The notes: generated from the letters alone by a model not told the origin. DNA of 32,000 nucleotides from Formosa sp. Hel1_33_131 (GCF_001735745.1 NZ_CP017260.1:2280001-2312000), one strand, 5' to 3'. Numbered from the stretch's first letter, positions 17,079 through 24,884 are shown. Program-made: numbers and translations.

Positions 17079-18028
17079 TTTACTTAGTCGCTCCCCCTAT
17101 TGGAAGTGAGCCCACTGGTGGCTCTCTGTATAACCACTATATTACTTCTGAAAATGAGTTAGTCACACTATTGGAAGTTACCGAAGTGAATGAAATTGAA
17201 AACAAGATTGATCCAAACGCAATTGTAATCATTGACAGTCTATTGTTGGTCGATTATTTTAAAAGCCAATTGCATGAAAAATATAAAACTATAGGGATGA
17301 TTCATTTGCCTACCTTTTTTTTTAATGAAAGCAAAAAAAATAAACATGAATTAAGTTATTACCAGAAAATCCCATTACTCGTTACAGGAGATTCTTTTAA
17401 GTTGAACCTTATCCAAAAGTATAATTTAAAAGCAGAAAATATAACCACCGTTACGCCTGGGGTATTAGATATTATAAAAAAGAAGAAATTCAATAAACTG
17501 GTAAATAAAATTGTACTTGTAGCTTCTGTAACTAAAAATAAAGGGATTTTAGAATTCTTAAACCTAATGAAAGATCTGAGTGATTTCCCTTGGGAAATTC
17601 ATCTGTATGGTCCCAAAGCCGACCCAGAGTATTATCAAGAATTACAAGAATTGATCGTTGACAGTAATATGAAAGAACGCGTGTTTTTTCATGGCTATTT
17701 AGAACATTCAGAATTATTAAAGATGCTTTTAAATTACGATTTATTCGTTAATTTTTCAGTGTACGAAACCTTTGGAATGGCCATTTATGAAGCCTTGCAA
17801 ATTGGGTTGCCAGTAATGTCTTATAAGACAAATTTGGAAAGTACGTTTACAAAGCGGTCCAATTTTAGAAATTTTGATACAATCGAAGCGTTCAAAAATG
17901 AATTAGTGGAATTATTTACTGAAGTAAAAACATCTAAAAAATACCAAGCAAAAGAGGAGGTCGTGCCCAGAAGCTGGACGGATGTTAAAGAAGATTTTAA
18001 TGCAGTAGTCAAACGAATTATAATTTAA
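17075..18028 (+). CDS. Glycosyltransferase, GT-B fold (GT4/GT1-like)
   Basis: The C-terminal block YETFGMAIYEALQIGLPV carries the Ex7E motif. It overlaps the upstream gene by 4 nt (ATGA). Confidence 0.8.
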   Translation: MIYLVAPPIGSEPTGGSLYNHYITSENELVTLLEVTEVNEIENKIDPNAIVIIDSLLLVDYFKSQLHEKYKTIGMIHLPTFFFNESKKNKHELSYYQKIPLLVTGDSFKLNLIQKYNLKAENITTVTPGVLDIIKKKKFNKLVNKIVLVASVTKNKGILEFLNLMKDLSDFPWEIHLYGPKADPEYYQELQELIVDSNMKERVFFHGYLEHSELLKMLLNYDLFVNFSVYETFGMAIYEALQIGLPVMSYKTNLESTFTKRSNFRNFDTIEAFKNELVELFTEVKTSKKYQAKEEVVPRSWTDVKEDFNAVVKRIII

Positions 18029-18108
18029 GAACTAATTTTTAACGGTAGTAGTAGTTACTGTTCTTGTCAATGTTATATTGACACAAACAACTGATGAGTA
18101 TGTAACTG

Positions 18109-18180
18109 TCAATCTACCAACCGAACTTCTACAACAATTTTCTTTCCATCTGAAGTGGTGAAAAATAAATACAAATCCCC
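18109..18180 (-). pseudogene. Detached duplicate of the last 23 codons plus stop of the SAM-methyltransferase gene at 23694..24878
   Basis: It encodes GDLYLFFTTSDGKKIVVEVRLVD-stop, against GDLYLFFTSSNDKKIVVEGRLVS-stop at 23694-23765. The two match at 57/65 nt over the core with no indels. Homology stops exactly at the first RAYT element end. Confidence 0.8.
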
Positions 18181-18897
18181 CCTCGCTGCCGCACGAATCC
18201 TTTCGTGTGTGTAACTGCCGCCACGCTAAAGCGTAGTGGTTTGGTAGTTTGTAATTAGCTTTCATACATTCTAAAAATTAACACGTCATTTATAAGTCCT
18301 TTTTGGCCTGCATAATCAACGGCACTACTATAAACATAGTCTTCTGGATTATAAACCAATCCTTCTTGTACAGGATTATTGTGTACATAATTTATTTTTT
18401 GTTGAATAACCTTGTTGCTCCAAAGTTCAATAGGTTTATTATCATGTCGCCAAAATTGATAGTGTTTTACATTAGAGCTTTTTTTAGCTTCTTTTTTAAA
18501 AAAATCCAACATGAATTCTTTTCGACTTTCTCTTGGATTTTCCTGTATACTTTTTACAATTGAGTTGCTGGTAAATCGTTTTAAATCTCCAACCAATAAT
18601 TCTGGTTTTTGACCCTTTATACTTCTAAAAACTAAATGAACATGATTACTCATAAGACACCAAGCATGGATTTCTAATCCTTTATTTTTTTGACAGTACT
18701 CCAAACTCTCTAAAAACAAATCTTTATATTCATTCCTAGTAAATACGTCTAACCAACCTACAACAGAAAAACTTATAAAATAAAGTCCTTCTGGATTATT
18801 AAATTTATAATTTCTACTCATGTCTTTAATAGTTTAGCATGCATATCTTTATTGTTGTTTACGACACCACACGAAAGGATTCGTGCGGCAGCGGGGG
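18177..18897 (-). mobile_element. RAYT / IS200-like Y1-transposase element, copy 1, with REP-like terminal inverted hairpins
   Basis: The ends CCCCCCTCGCTGCCGCACGAATCCTTTCGTGTG and CACACGAAAGGATTCGTGCGGCAGCGGGGG are inverted repeats of about 30 bp, each containing a CACGAA/TTCGTG hairpin. The unit is about 721 bp. Confidence 0.85.
18255..18821 (-). CDS. REP-associated tyrosine transposase (RAYT; IS200-like Y1 HUH transposase)
   Basis: A 188 aa ORF with the HUH motif in SNHVHLVF and the catalytic-Tyr region INYVHNNPVQEGLV. Confidence 0.9.
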   Translation of the reverse strand: MSRNYKFNNPEGLYFISFSVVGWLDVFTRNEYKDLFLESLEYCQKNKGLEIHAWCLMSNHVHLVFRSIKGQKPELLVGDLKRFTSNSIVKSIQENPRESRKEFMLDFFKKEAKKSSNVKHYQFWRHDNKPIELWSNKVIQQKINYVHNNPVQEGLVYNPEDYVYSSAVDYAGQKGLINDVLIFRMYES

Positions 18898-19032
18898 ACT
18901 TAGTTTTGTTTTCATTTTTTATGTTCCTCAATAATTAGTTTAGTTATATCTATGTTAGTTTATTTTTTTTATATTCCTCAAAGTCGGGGGACTTTGAGGG
19001 GTTGATATGACTCACTTCGCATCAGTACGGTT

Positions 19033-19647
19033 TTATAAATTATTTTTCTTGTACGTTTTGTAGTCTAGCTCATTACACCAAAACCATTTTTTATGGATGA
19101 TGTATGTTTTGTTAATGTCTGACTTTCTTTTTGTAGGGGAAATCTTATAAATGCGACCCTTTTTCTTGTAAAAAATATCGGATTTAATATCATCCTTAAA
19201 TTTCTTTAAGTCTGATTTTGTAATATCATTTAACTTGCCTCTATAGATTATTTCTATAGAATTATAATTAATGATTTTAAACCAAATTTTATACTCAGTA
19301 ACCCCCATTCCTTCTGGGCTTGTTATAATTTGCATTTTAATGGTATCATTTGATAAGCTATATTTTCCATAAGAGCCATATTGAATAGAATTATCAAAAT
19401 TTTGTTCTGACCAGGATTTACCATGTCCTGATTTTACAAAACCATTATCATAAAAAATAAATTCGCCATTTGTAAGGTATTCATAATCTTCCCCTAAATA
19501 ATAAAACCCGTTTATATTTATTAGCGAATCTAATCCTGTTTTTTTTCCATCAAAACAATAATTAAAATTTTCACGCACTCCTTTTGGCACCATTATACAA
19601 GAGGTGATACAAAAAATAATTAAAAATAATGTTGTAATTTTTTTCAT
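19033..19647 (-). CDS. Orphan lipoprotein, possibly a polymorphic-toxin immunity protein
   Basis: I moved the start to MKKITTLFLIIFCITSC (lipobox) at 19647. It is the only gene in an 812 bp segment bracketed by two RAYT elements. Confidence 0.6.
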   Translation of the reverse strand: MKKITTLFLIIFCITSCIMVPKGVRENFNYCFDGKKTGLDSLININGFYYLGEDYEYLTNGEFIFYDNGFVKSGHGKSWSEQNFDNSIQYGSYGKYSLSNDTIKMQIITSPEGMGVTEYKIWFKIINYNSIEIIYRGKLNDITKSDLKKFKDDIKSDIFYKKKGRIYKISPTKRKSDINKTYIIHKKWFWCNELDYKTYKKNNL

Positions 19648-19709
19648 TTGTAATTTAATTTTTAGTCCCATAAAGAATATGAGTTATTTCTTACAGAATT
19701 TATATATAA

Positions 19710-20429
19710 CCCCTCGCTGCCGCACGAATCCTTTCGTGTGTGTAACTGCCGCCACGCTAAAGCGTAGTGGTTTGGTAGTTTGTAATTAGCTTTCATACAT
19801 TCTAAAAATTAACACGTCATTTATAAGTCCTTTTTGGCCTGCATAATCAACGGCACTACTATAAACATAGTCTTCTGGATTATAAACCAATCCTTCTTGT
19901 ACAGGATTATTGTGTACATAATTTATTTTTTGTTGAATAACCTTGTTGCTCCAAAGTTCAATAGGTTTATTATCATGTCGCCAAAATTGATAGTGTTTTA
20001 CATTAGAGCTTTTTTTAGCTTCTTTTTTAAAAAAATCCAACATGAATTCTTTTCGACTTTCTCTTGGATTTTCCTGTATACTTTTTACAATTGAGTTGCT
20101 GGTAAATCGTTTTAAATCTCCAACCAATAATTCTGGTTTTTGACCCTTTATACTTCTAAAAACTAAATGAACATGATTACTCATAAGACACCAAGCATGG
20201 ATTTCTAATCCTTTATTTTTTTGACAGTACTCCAAACTCTCTAAAAACAAATCTTTATATTCATTCCTAGTAAATACGTCTAACCAACCTACAACAGAAA
20301 AACTTATAAAATAAAGTCCTTCTGGATTATTAAATTTATAATTTCTACTCATGTCTTTAATAGTTTAGCATGCATATCTTTATTGTTGTTTACGACACCA
20401 CACGAAAGGATTCGTGCGGCAGCGGGGGG
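19710..20429 (-). mobile_element. RAYT / IS200-like element, copy 2
   Basis: Its body appears identical to copy 1 where I compared it, at a +1531 nt offset, with the same inverted termini. Confidence 0.85.
19786..20352 (-). CDS. REP-associated tyrosine transposase (RAYT), copy 2
   Basis: The protein is identical to copy 1 (188 aa). Confidence 0.9.
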   Translation of the reverse strand: MSRNYKFNNPEGLYFISFSVVGWLDVFTRNEYKDLFLESLEYCQKNKGLEIHAWCLMSNHVHLVFRSIKGQKPELLVGDLKRFTSNSIVKSIQENPRESRKEFMLDFFKKEAKKSSNVKHYQFWRHDNKPIELWSNKVIQQKINYVHNNPVQEGLVYNPEDYVYSSAVDYAGQKGLINDVLIFRMYES

Positions 20430-20436
20430 ACTCATA

Positions 20437-21111
20437 TTAATTCATTAATTTAAAATCTATAACATCTTCTTTGGGTTTAAAGTGGATAATCATTGACGCA
20501 GGAGTCGTTTTTTTATTGACTTCGGTTTTTACAATTTCTAGATGCAAATCTTTGCACAACAGTTTAGTGAGTTTATATTTTGAACTGGAATTTGAAAACC
20601 TAAACTCATACAGTTGGTCGTTAATTATAACGCCATTTCTTATGAAACACCCTTTTAAGAATTGTTTTTTTTGATGTTTTTGTTTAAATTTATTTTTTTT
20701 CAACATCCCCGTTTTAACTAAAAATTCTTTATCTAAAGCTTCATCATCATAATAAAAATCATCAGATTTTTTAAATTTGTAATAAGAATTAAACAATTTT
20801 GAATACTTTGAAGAATAAACCCTCGTTATAGGAGAATCTCCGTCCCCTTCAATAAATTCGAAATCTTCCATTTTCAAATTCACTTTTAATATTCCTAACT
20901 TAAATTGCTCCAAAGATTCACTTTGACCAGAATAAAAATCAGTTATATAATTTTTTTCCTTTGGATGATTTGGTAAAAACGGCTTCCCTCCGTAGTCATT
21001 CATCAAACCAATTAAAAAACTTAAATCTTCATTCTGCTTAGTAAAACCATCACTTGAGAAATCTAGTCCCAAGAAGATTAATACAATAACACTACTAAAT
21101 ATTAGCTTCAT
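20437..21111 (-). CDS. Secreted hypothetical protein, putative immunity protein for the upstream toxin domain
   Basis: A 224 aa ORF with signal peptide MKLIFSSVIVLIFLG. It starts 35 nt downstream of the toxin-domain stop on the same strand. Confidence 0.55.
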   Translation of the reverse strand: MKLIFSSVIVLIFLGLDFSSDGFTKQNEDLSFLIGLMNDYGGKPFLPNHPKEKNYITDFYSGQSESLEQFKLGILKVNLKMEDFEFIEGDGDSPITRVYSSKYSKLFNSYYKFKKSDDFYYDDEALDKEFLVKTGMLKKNKFKQKHQKKQFLKGCFIRNGVIINDQLYEFRFSNSSSKYKLTKLLCKDLHLEIVKTEVNKKTTPASMIIHFKPKEDVIDFKLMN

Positions 21112-21146
21112 TTATATTGTTTTATTTTAATTAAATAATTTTAAAT

Positions 21147-21959
21147 CTATTTTCTCCATAAACTAAATAATTTATGGTAAGATTCGAAGTCTTTTATTCT
21201 TACATATGTCCCACTTGGATTCATGATAGATATTCTGAATTTCGAAAAATCCGATAAATACCTTACTCGTTTTATAAGACTAGCATGATAACCACCTTTG
21301 ACTTTAAATGCACCTTGCACAACATGATTTAGTTTCATTTCATCAACCACCCATTTAAGTACAATCTCCTTTTTAAAAGTACCTTCAAAAAATTTACCTT
21401 TATAACCTCCTTCAGAGTACATCCGAAAAGCTGCTTGGTCTGATAACCCATTATTTAACTTTGCTATATTGAAATAATCTGAATTTACATTTTCTTGAGT
21501 TACCCCGAAATAATTATCAACAGATTTTTTACAGGCTATATAACAGTCGAAACCTTCTTTTTGAGGAATATTTCGTAATTTCAACCCTTTATCTACATCC
21601 CAATCTAATGCATCTTCAAAGTCTGCGAAAGTCGCTCCTTCAGATCCAAGTCCAGTAGTTATCTCATTCCATTGCTTACCACTCCAAAAATCTCTTCCAT
21701 CACTTTGTGCCTTAAGTCCAGCTGTCAATCCACCTATTGCAGCGCCTATGCCAGCACCTATTCCTGCATTTCCAAGAATTTGGCCAAAGTTATCTTCGTT
21801 TAATCCACTGGCAGTTGCTCCTGATGCAAAACCACCAGAGGCTCCAATAATCGCCCCATTATAAAATCCAGTTCCCTCGCTGCCGCACGAATCCTTTCGT
21901 GTGTGTAACTGCCGCCACGCTAAAGCGTAGTGGTTTGGTAGTTTGTAATTAGCTTTCAT
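21147..21959 (-). CDS. Orphan polymorphic-toxin C-terminal module (Gly-rich linker plus putative Cys/His papain-like toxin domain), fused 5' to REP-derived codons
   Basis: The first 29 codons (MKANYKLPNHYALAWRQLHTRKDSCGSEG) translate the RAYT-3 REP. Native sequence starts at about 21873 with GAIIGASGGFASGATASG...GAGIGAAIGGLTAGL, typical of pre-toxin linkers in Rhs proteins. A domain with DCYIAC ... GGYHASLI ... MNPS follows. Confidence 0.6.
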   Translation of the reverse strand: MKANYKLPNHYALAWRQLHTRKDSCGSEGTGFYNGAIIGASGGFASGATASGLNEDNFGQILGNAGIGAGIGAAIGGLTAGLKAQSDGRDFWSGKQWNEITTGLGSEGATFADFEDALDWDVDKGLKLRNIPQKEGFDCYIACKKSVDNYFGVTQENVNSDYFNIAKLNNGLSDQAAFRMYSEGGYKGKFFEGTFKKEIVLKWVVDEMKLNHVVQGAFKVKGGYHASLIKRVRYLSDFSKFRISIMNPSGTYVRIKDFESYHKLFSLWRK

Positions 21960-22592
21960 ACATTCTAAAAATTAACACGTCATTTATAAGTCCTTTTTGG
22001 CCTGCATAATCAACGGCACTACTATAAACATAGTCTTCTGGATTATAAACCAATCCTTCTTGTACAGGATTATTGTGTACATAATTTATTTTTTGTTGAA
22101 TAACCTTGTTGCTCCAAAGTTCAATAGGTTTATTATCATGTCGCCAAAATTGATAGTGTTTTACATTAGAGCTTTTTTTAGCTTCTTTTTTAAAAAAATC
22201 CAACATGAATTCTTTTCGACTTTCTCTTGGATTTTCCTGTATACTTTTTACAATTGAGTTGCTGGTAAATCGTTTTAAATCTCCAACCAATAATTCTGGT
22301 TTTTGACCCTTTATACTTCTAAAAACTAAATGAACATGATTACTCATAAGACTCCAAGCATGGATTTCTAATCCTTTATTTTTTTGACAGTACTCTAAAC
22401 TCTCTAAAAACAAATCTTTATATTCATTCCTAGTAAATACGTCTAACCAACCTACAACAGAAAAACTTATAAAATAAAGTCCTTCTGGATTATTAAATTT
22501 ATAATTTCTACTCATGTCTTTAATAGTTTAGCATGCATACCTTTATTGTTGTTTACGACACCACACGAAAGGATTCGTGCGGCAGCGGGGGG
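21874..22592 (-). mobile_element. RAYT / IS200-like element, copy 3
   Basis: It has the same unit and termini as copies 1 and 2. I noticed 3 substitutions relative to copy 1, one of them the C55S change. Confidence 0.85.
21949..22515 (-). CDS. REP-associated tyrosine transposase (RAYT), copy 3
   Basis: A 188 aa ORF with one difference from copies 1 and 2 (HAWCLM to HAWSLM). Confidence 0.9.
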   Translation of the reverse strand: MSRNYKFNNPEGLYFISFSVVGWLDVFTRNEYKDLFLESLEYCQKNKGLEIHAWSLMSNHVHLVFRSIKGQKPELLVGDLKRFTSNSIVKSIQENPRESRKEFMLDFFKKEAKKSSNVKHYQFWRHDNKPIELWSNKVIQQKINYVHNNPVQEGLVYNPEDYVYSSAVDYAGQKGLINDVLIFRMYES

Positions 22593-23442
22593 TCCAATTA
22601 AAACTGAGATTAAAAGGCGTATAACTATTTAAAACATAAAGGTTTTCAATTGCTTTAGGAGGTATCACATAACGTAAATTTCCTATATCGTCATAAACAT
22701 AATAGCTGCTGGATTTTTTCAGGATTCCTGCGTCCTCTTCATAGCCAAATTCAGCTATTTTTCTTCCATTTTTGTCTGTAAAAACGTCTTTGGTATTTAG
22801 TAATCCATCCGAAACAGTCCAGTTTTCATTTTTTACACTATTTTTTAAAAGTTCCCCTGTTTTATAATAAGATATGATGAAAGGGTTATTCGTTTCATTT
22901 CGGATCTTAAACAAAAGAACTTCATTTAGGTTGTTGACACCATAGTCATATTTTGCGGTATGATTTGTATCTGGATTACTAAGTATTTGCCATATGTTTC
23001 CAGGCGCGGAAGTTTCTAGTTTTCTGTTTAAAGGCGAATTGTCATACCGTACTTCCGAAAAAGGATGTTGATCCGCAAACGCGTTCTGATAATAAGATGT
23101 TATTTGTGTCTCTGCATTAGAAATATAATGACCCGTATCTTGTGTGGTTGGCAGCGCTAAAAACTGTTTGGTAGTTCTTCCAAATTGATCGTATTGAATG
23201 TGCTGTACAATATCTTTTTTTGTTGGACTCTGTTTTATTCCAACAGATTGTTTTGCTTTACCAAAACCATCAAAATAGGTAACACTTTCTATTTTTTTGA
23301 CAGAATTATAGTCAGTGTTAAGCGTGTTTATATCAGTTGCTTCTAACAGCTCTATTGACTTCACATAGTTTTGGTCGGGTGATTGTGCAAATCCAAAAGC
23401 CATAAATAGACTCATCAATAGCGTAAGATTCCTTTTTTTCAT
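22543..23442 (-). pseudogene. N-terminal fragment of a DUF6443/Rhs-family polymorphic toxin, truncated by RAYT copy 3
   Basis: The start MKKRNLTLLMSLFMAFGFAQS (signal peptide) is followed by NYVKS...VTYFDGFGKAKQSV...YDQFGRTTKQFLALP...YDNSPLNR, typical of Bacteroidota Rhs N-termini. Native sequence ends at 22593. The last 17 codons or so (PRCRTNPFVWCRKQQ) are REP-derived. No YD-repeat shell or Rhs core follows. Confidence 0.75.
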
Positions 23443-23693
23443 AATTTGATAGATTATAATTGGGCACCCGAAATTTATTAATAAAATGTTAAAAAACAAA
23501 ACAACATACTTAATAATTAACTTTTATTTAACAAGTGTAAAATCAAAAAACCTAACTATTGAACTTTATGCCAATATTTTAGCTGAAATTTAATTTCAAG
23601 AATTTAAGAATACTATCTAGTTTTGAAGTAAGGGATTGGTTTTGTTAGCTACAGAACTCAGTAAGAAAAACCATCAAAAGTTATAAGAGAATT

Positions 23694-24878
23694 TCAGGAC
23701 ACCAACCGACCTTCCACAACAATTTTCTTGTCATTTGAACTGGTGAAAAACAAATATAAATCCCCGCCATCGGAGAGTTTAAAAAGAATTTTAAGAGCCT
23801 CTATTTTTTCTGAGAAATTACGTGTTTTCACATTGGCTTTTAGACCGCCAATGGCTTTTTTCAAAAGCTTCTTTTGATAGGGGTAGCAATTTGAAATCGT
23901 ATATACTTTCCCTGGAAAATCAACTATCTTTTCATCGCCGGTATATAAATGCGTGTGCGGGTCTAGTTTGTCTAGCCTATATTTAGTTGAAATTAATTTA
24001 AACGCACCAGACTTCATCACGGCGGCATTTGGTTCGTAGAGATACGTCTTTGGGGAGCTAAATGTCGCTTCTACATTTTCTTCTTGGGGTATTTCAAAGG
24101 AAAAGTGTTCCGTGTTTTTAGGATGGCTGTTAAGCGTCTGAAGCGTCGCCGTGCCATTAAAGTCTTTTTCCTGATGAAATAATAACTCTTTTACCTCGTT
24201 TTTCACCGCCACAATATAAACAGTTTTCACATGCTTCAAGGCTGTGACTCCAACGCTAATATCAAGCATTGGTGACATTTTAATAAGCACATTTTTAGTG
24301 TGTTTAAAAAATAAATCTTGATGTGTAATCACATTTGGACTGCAATCTTCAATCAGGAATTTTTTATTCTTTTGTGCATCCCGTCTCGATGGGTCAATGT
24401 ACATCCAATCAAACGTATCGGAACATGATTTTAAAAATTCAATTCCATCTTTGTTGTGAGATTCTATGTTTTTAACACCTAAAATCTCAAAATTATAAGC
24501 GGCTATCTCAGCCAATTTGGAGTCCATTTCACAATGCACCACCGACTTAAATTGTTTTGAAAAATAATAGCTATCGACACCAAATCCGCCCGTCAAATCT
24601 ACAAGTGATTCGCCTTGCATAAATTCACTTTTTATAAGGGCTGCCGTTTCGGAAGACGTCTGTTCAATATTGAGTTTGTTGGGGTAATAAATTTTAGGCG
24701 TCTCAAACCAAGTTTTTAATTTTAAAGCACACTTTTTCTTTGCTTCAATTTGCTCAATCAATTCCTTAATATCAAGCCCCTCAAAAGGACTTCCTTTTAG
24801 AATTAACTCATGAATATTTGAGTTTATATGGGTATTTATAAAATCTTGTATATCGCTATTTAGAAGAATTTTGTTCAC
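23694..24878 (-). CDS. Class I SAM-dependent methyltransferase (394 aa, substrate unknown)
   Basis: It has the SAM motif I region LVDLTGGFGVDSYYFS and an acidic motif II (VHCEMD), plus a conserved C-terminal extension. Confidence 0.75.
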   Translation of the reverse strand: MNKILLNSDIQDFINTHINSNIHELILKGSPFEGLDIKELIEQIEAKKKCALKLKTWFETPKIYYPNKLNIEQTSSETAALIKSEFMQGESLVDLTGGFGVDSYYFSKQFKSVVHCEMDSKLAEIAAYNFEILGVKNIESHNKDGIEFLKSCSDTFDWMYIDPSRRDAQKNKKFLIEDCSPNVITHQDLFFKHTKNVLIKMSPMLDISVGVTALKHVKTVYIVAVKNEVKELLFHQEKDFNGTATLQTLNSHPKNTEHFSFEIPQEENVEATFSSPKTYLYEPNAAVMKSGAFKLISTKYRLDKLDPHTHLYTGDEKIVDFPGKVYTISNCYPYQKKLLKKAIGGLKANVKTRNFSEKIEALKILFKLSDGGDLYLFFTSSNDKKIVVEGRLVS

Positions 24879-24884
24879 GTGAAA

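Noticed and set aside
18032-18265. A 77 aa ORF from the track (MKANYKLPNHYALAWRQLHTRKDSCGSEGGFVFIFHHF...)
   Set aside because: It is a chimeric read-through of the RAYT REP end into an out-of-frame reading of the duplicated methyltransferase 3' fragment, so it is not a credible gene.
18303-18563. 86 aa antisense ORFs inside each RAYT gene (also 19834..20094 and 21997..22257)
   Set aside because: They lie entirely antisense to a well-supported coding sequence and have low-complexity, AT-codon-driven composition. They repeat only because the element repeats.
21874-22592. A simple RAYT insertion into an otherwise intact 525 aa toxin gene, with clean excision restoring the ORF
   Set aside because: Removing the 719 nt as delimited does not join the two ORFs in frame, and the expected YD-repeat/Rhs core is absent. 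The element ends lie in C/G runs, so the boundary is ambiguous by 1-2 nt and this is not fully excluded.
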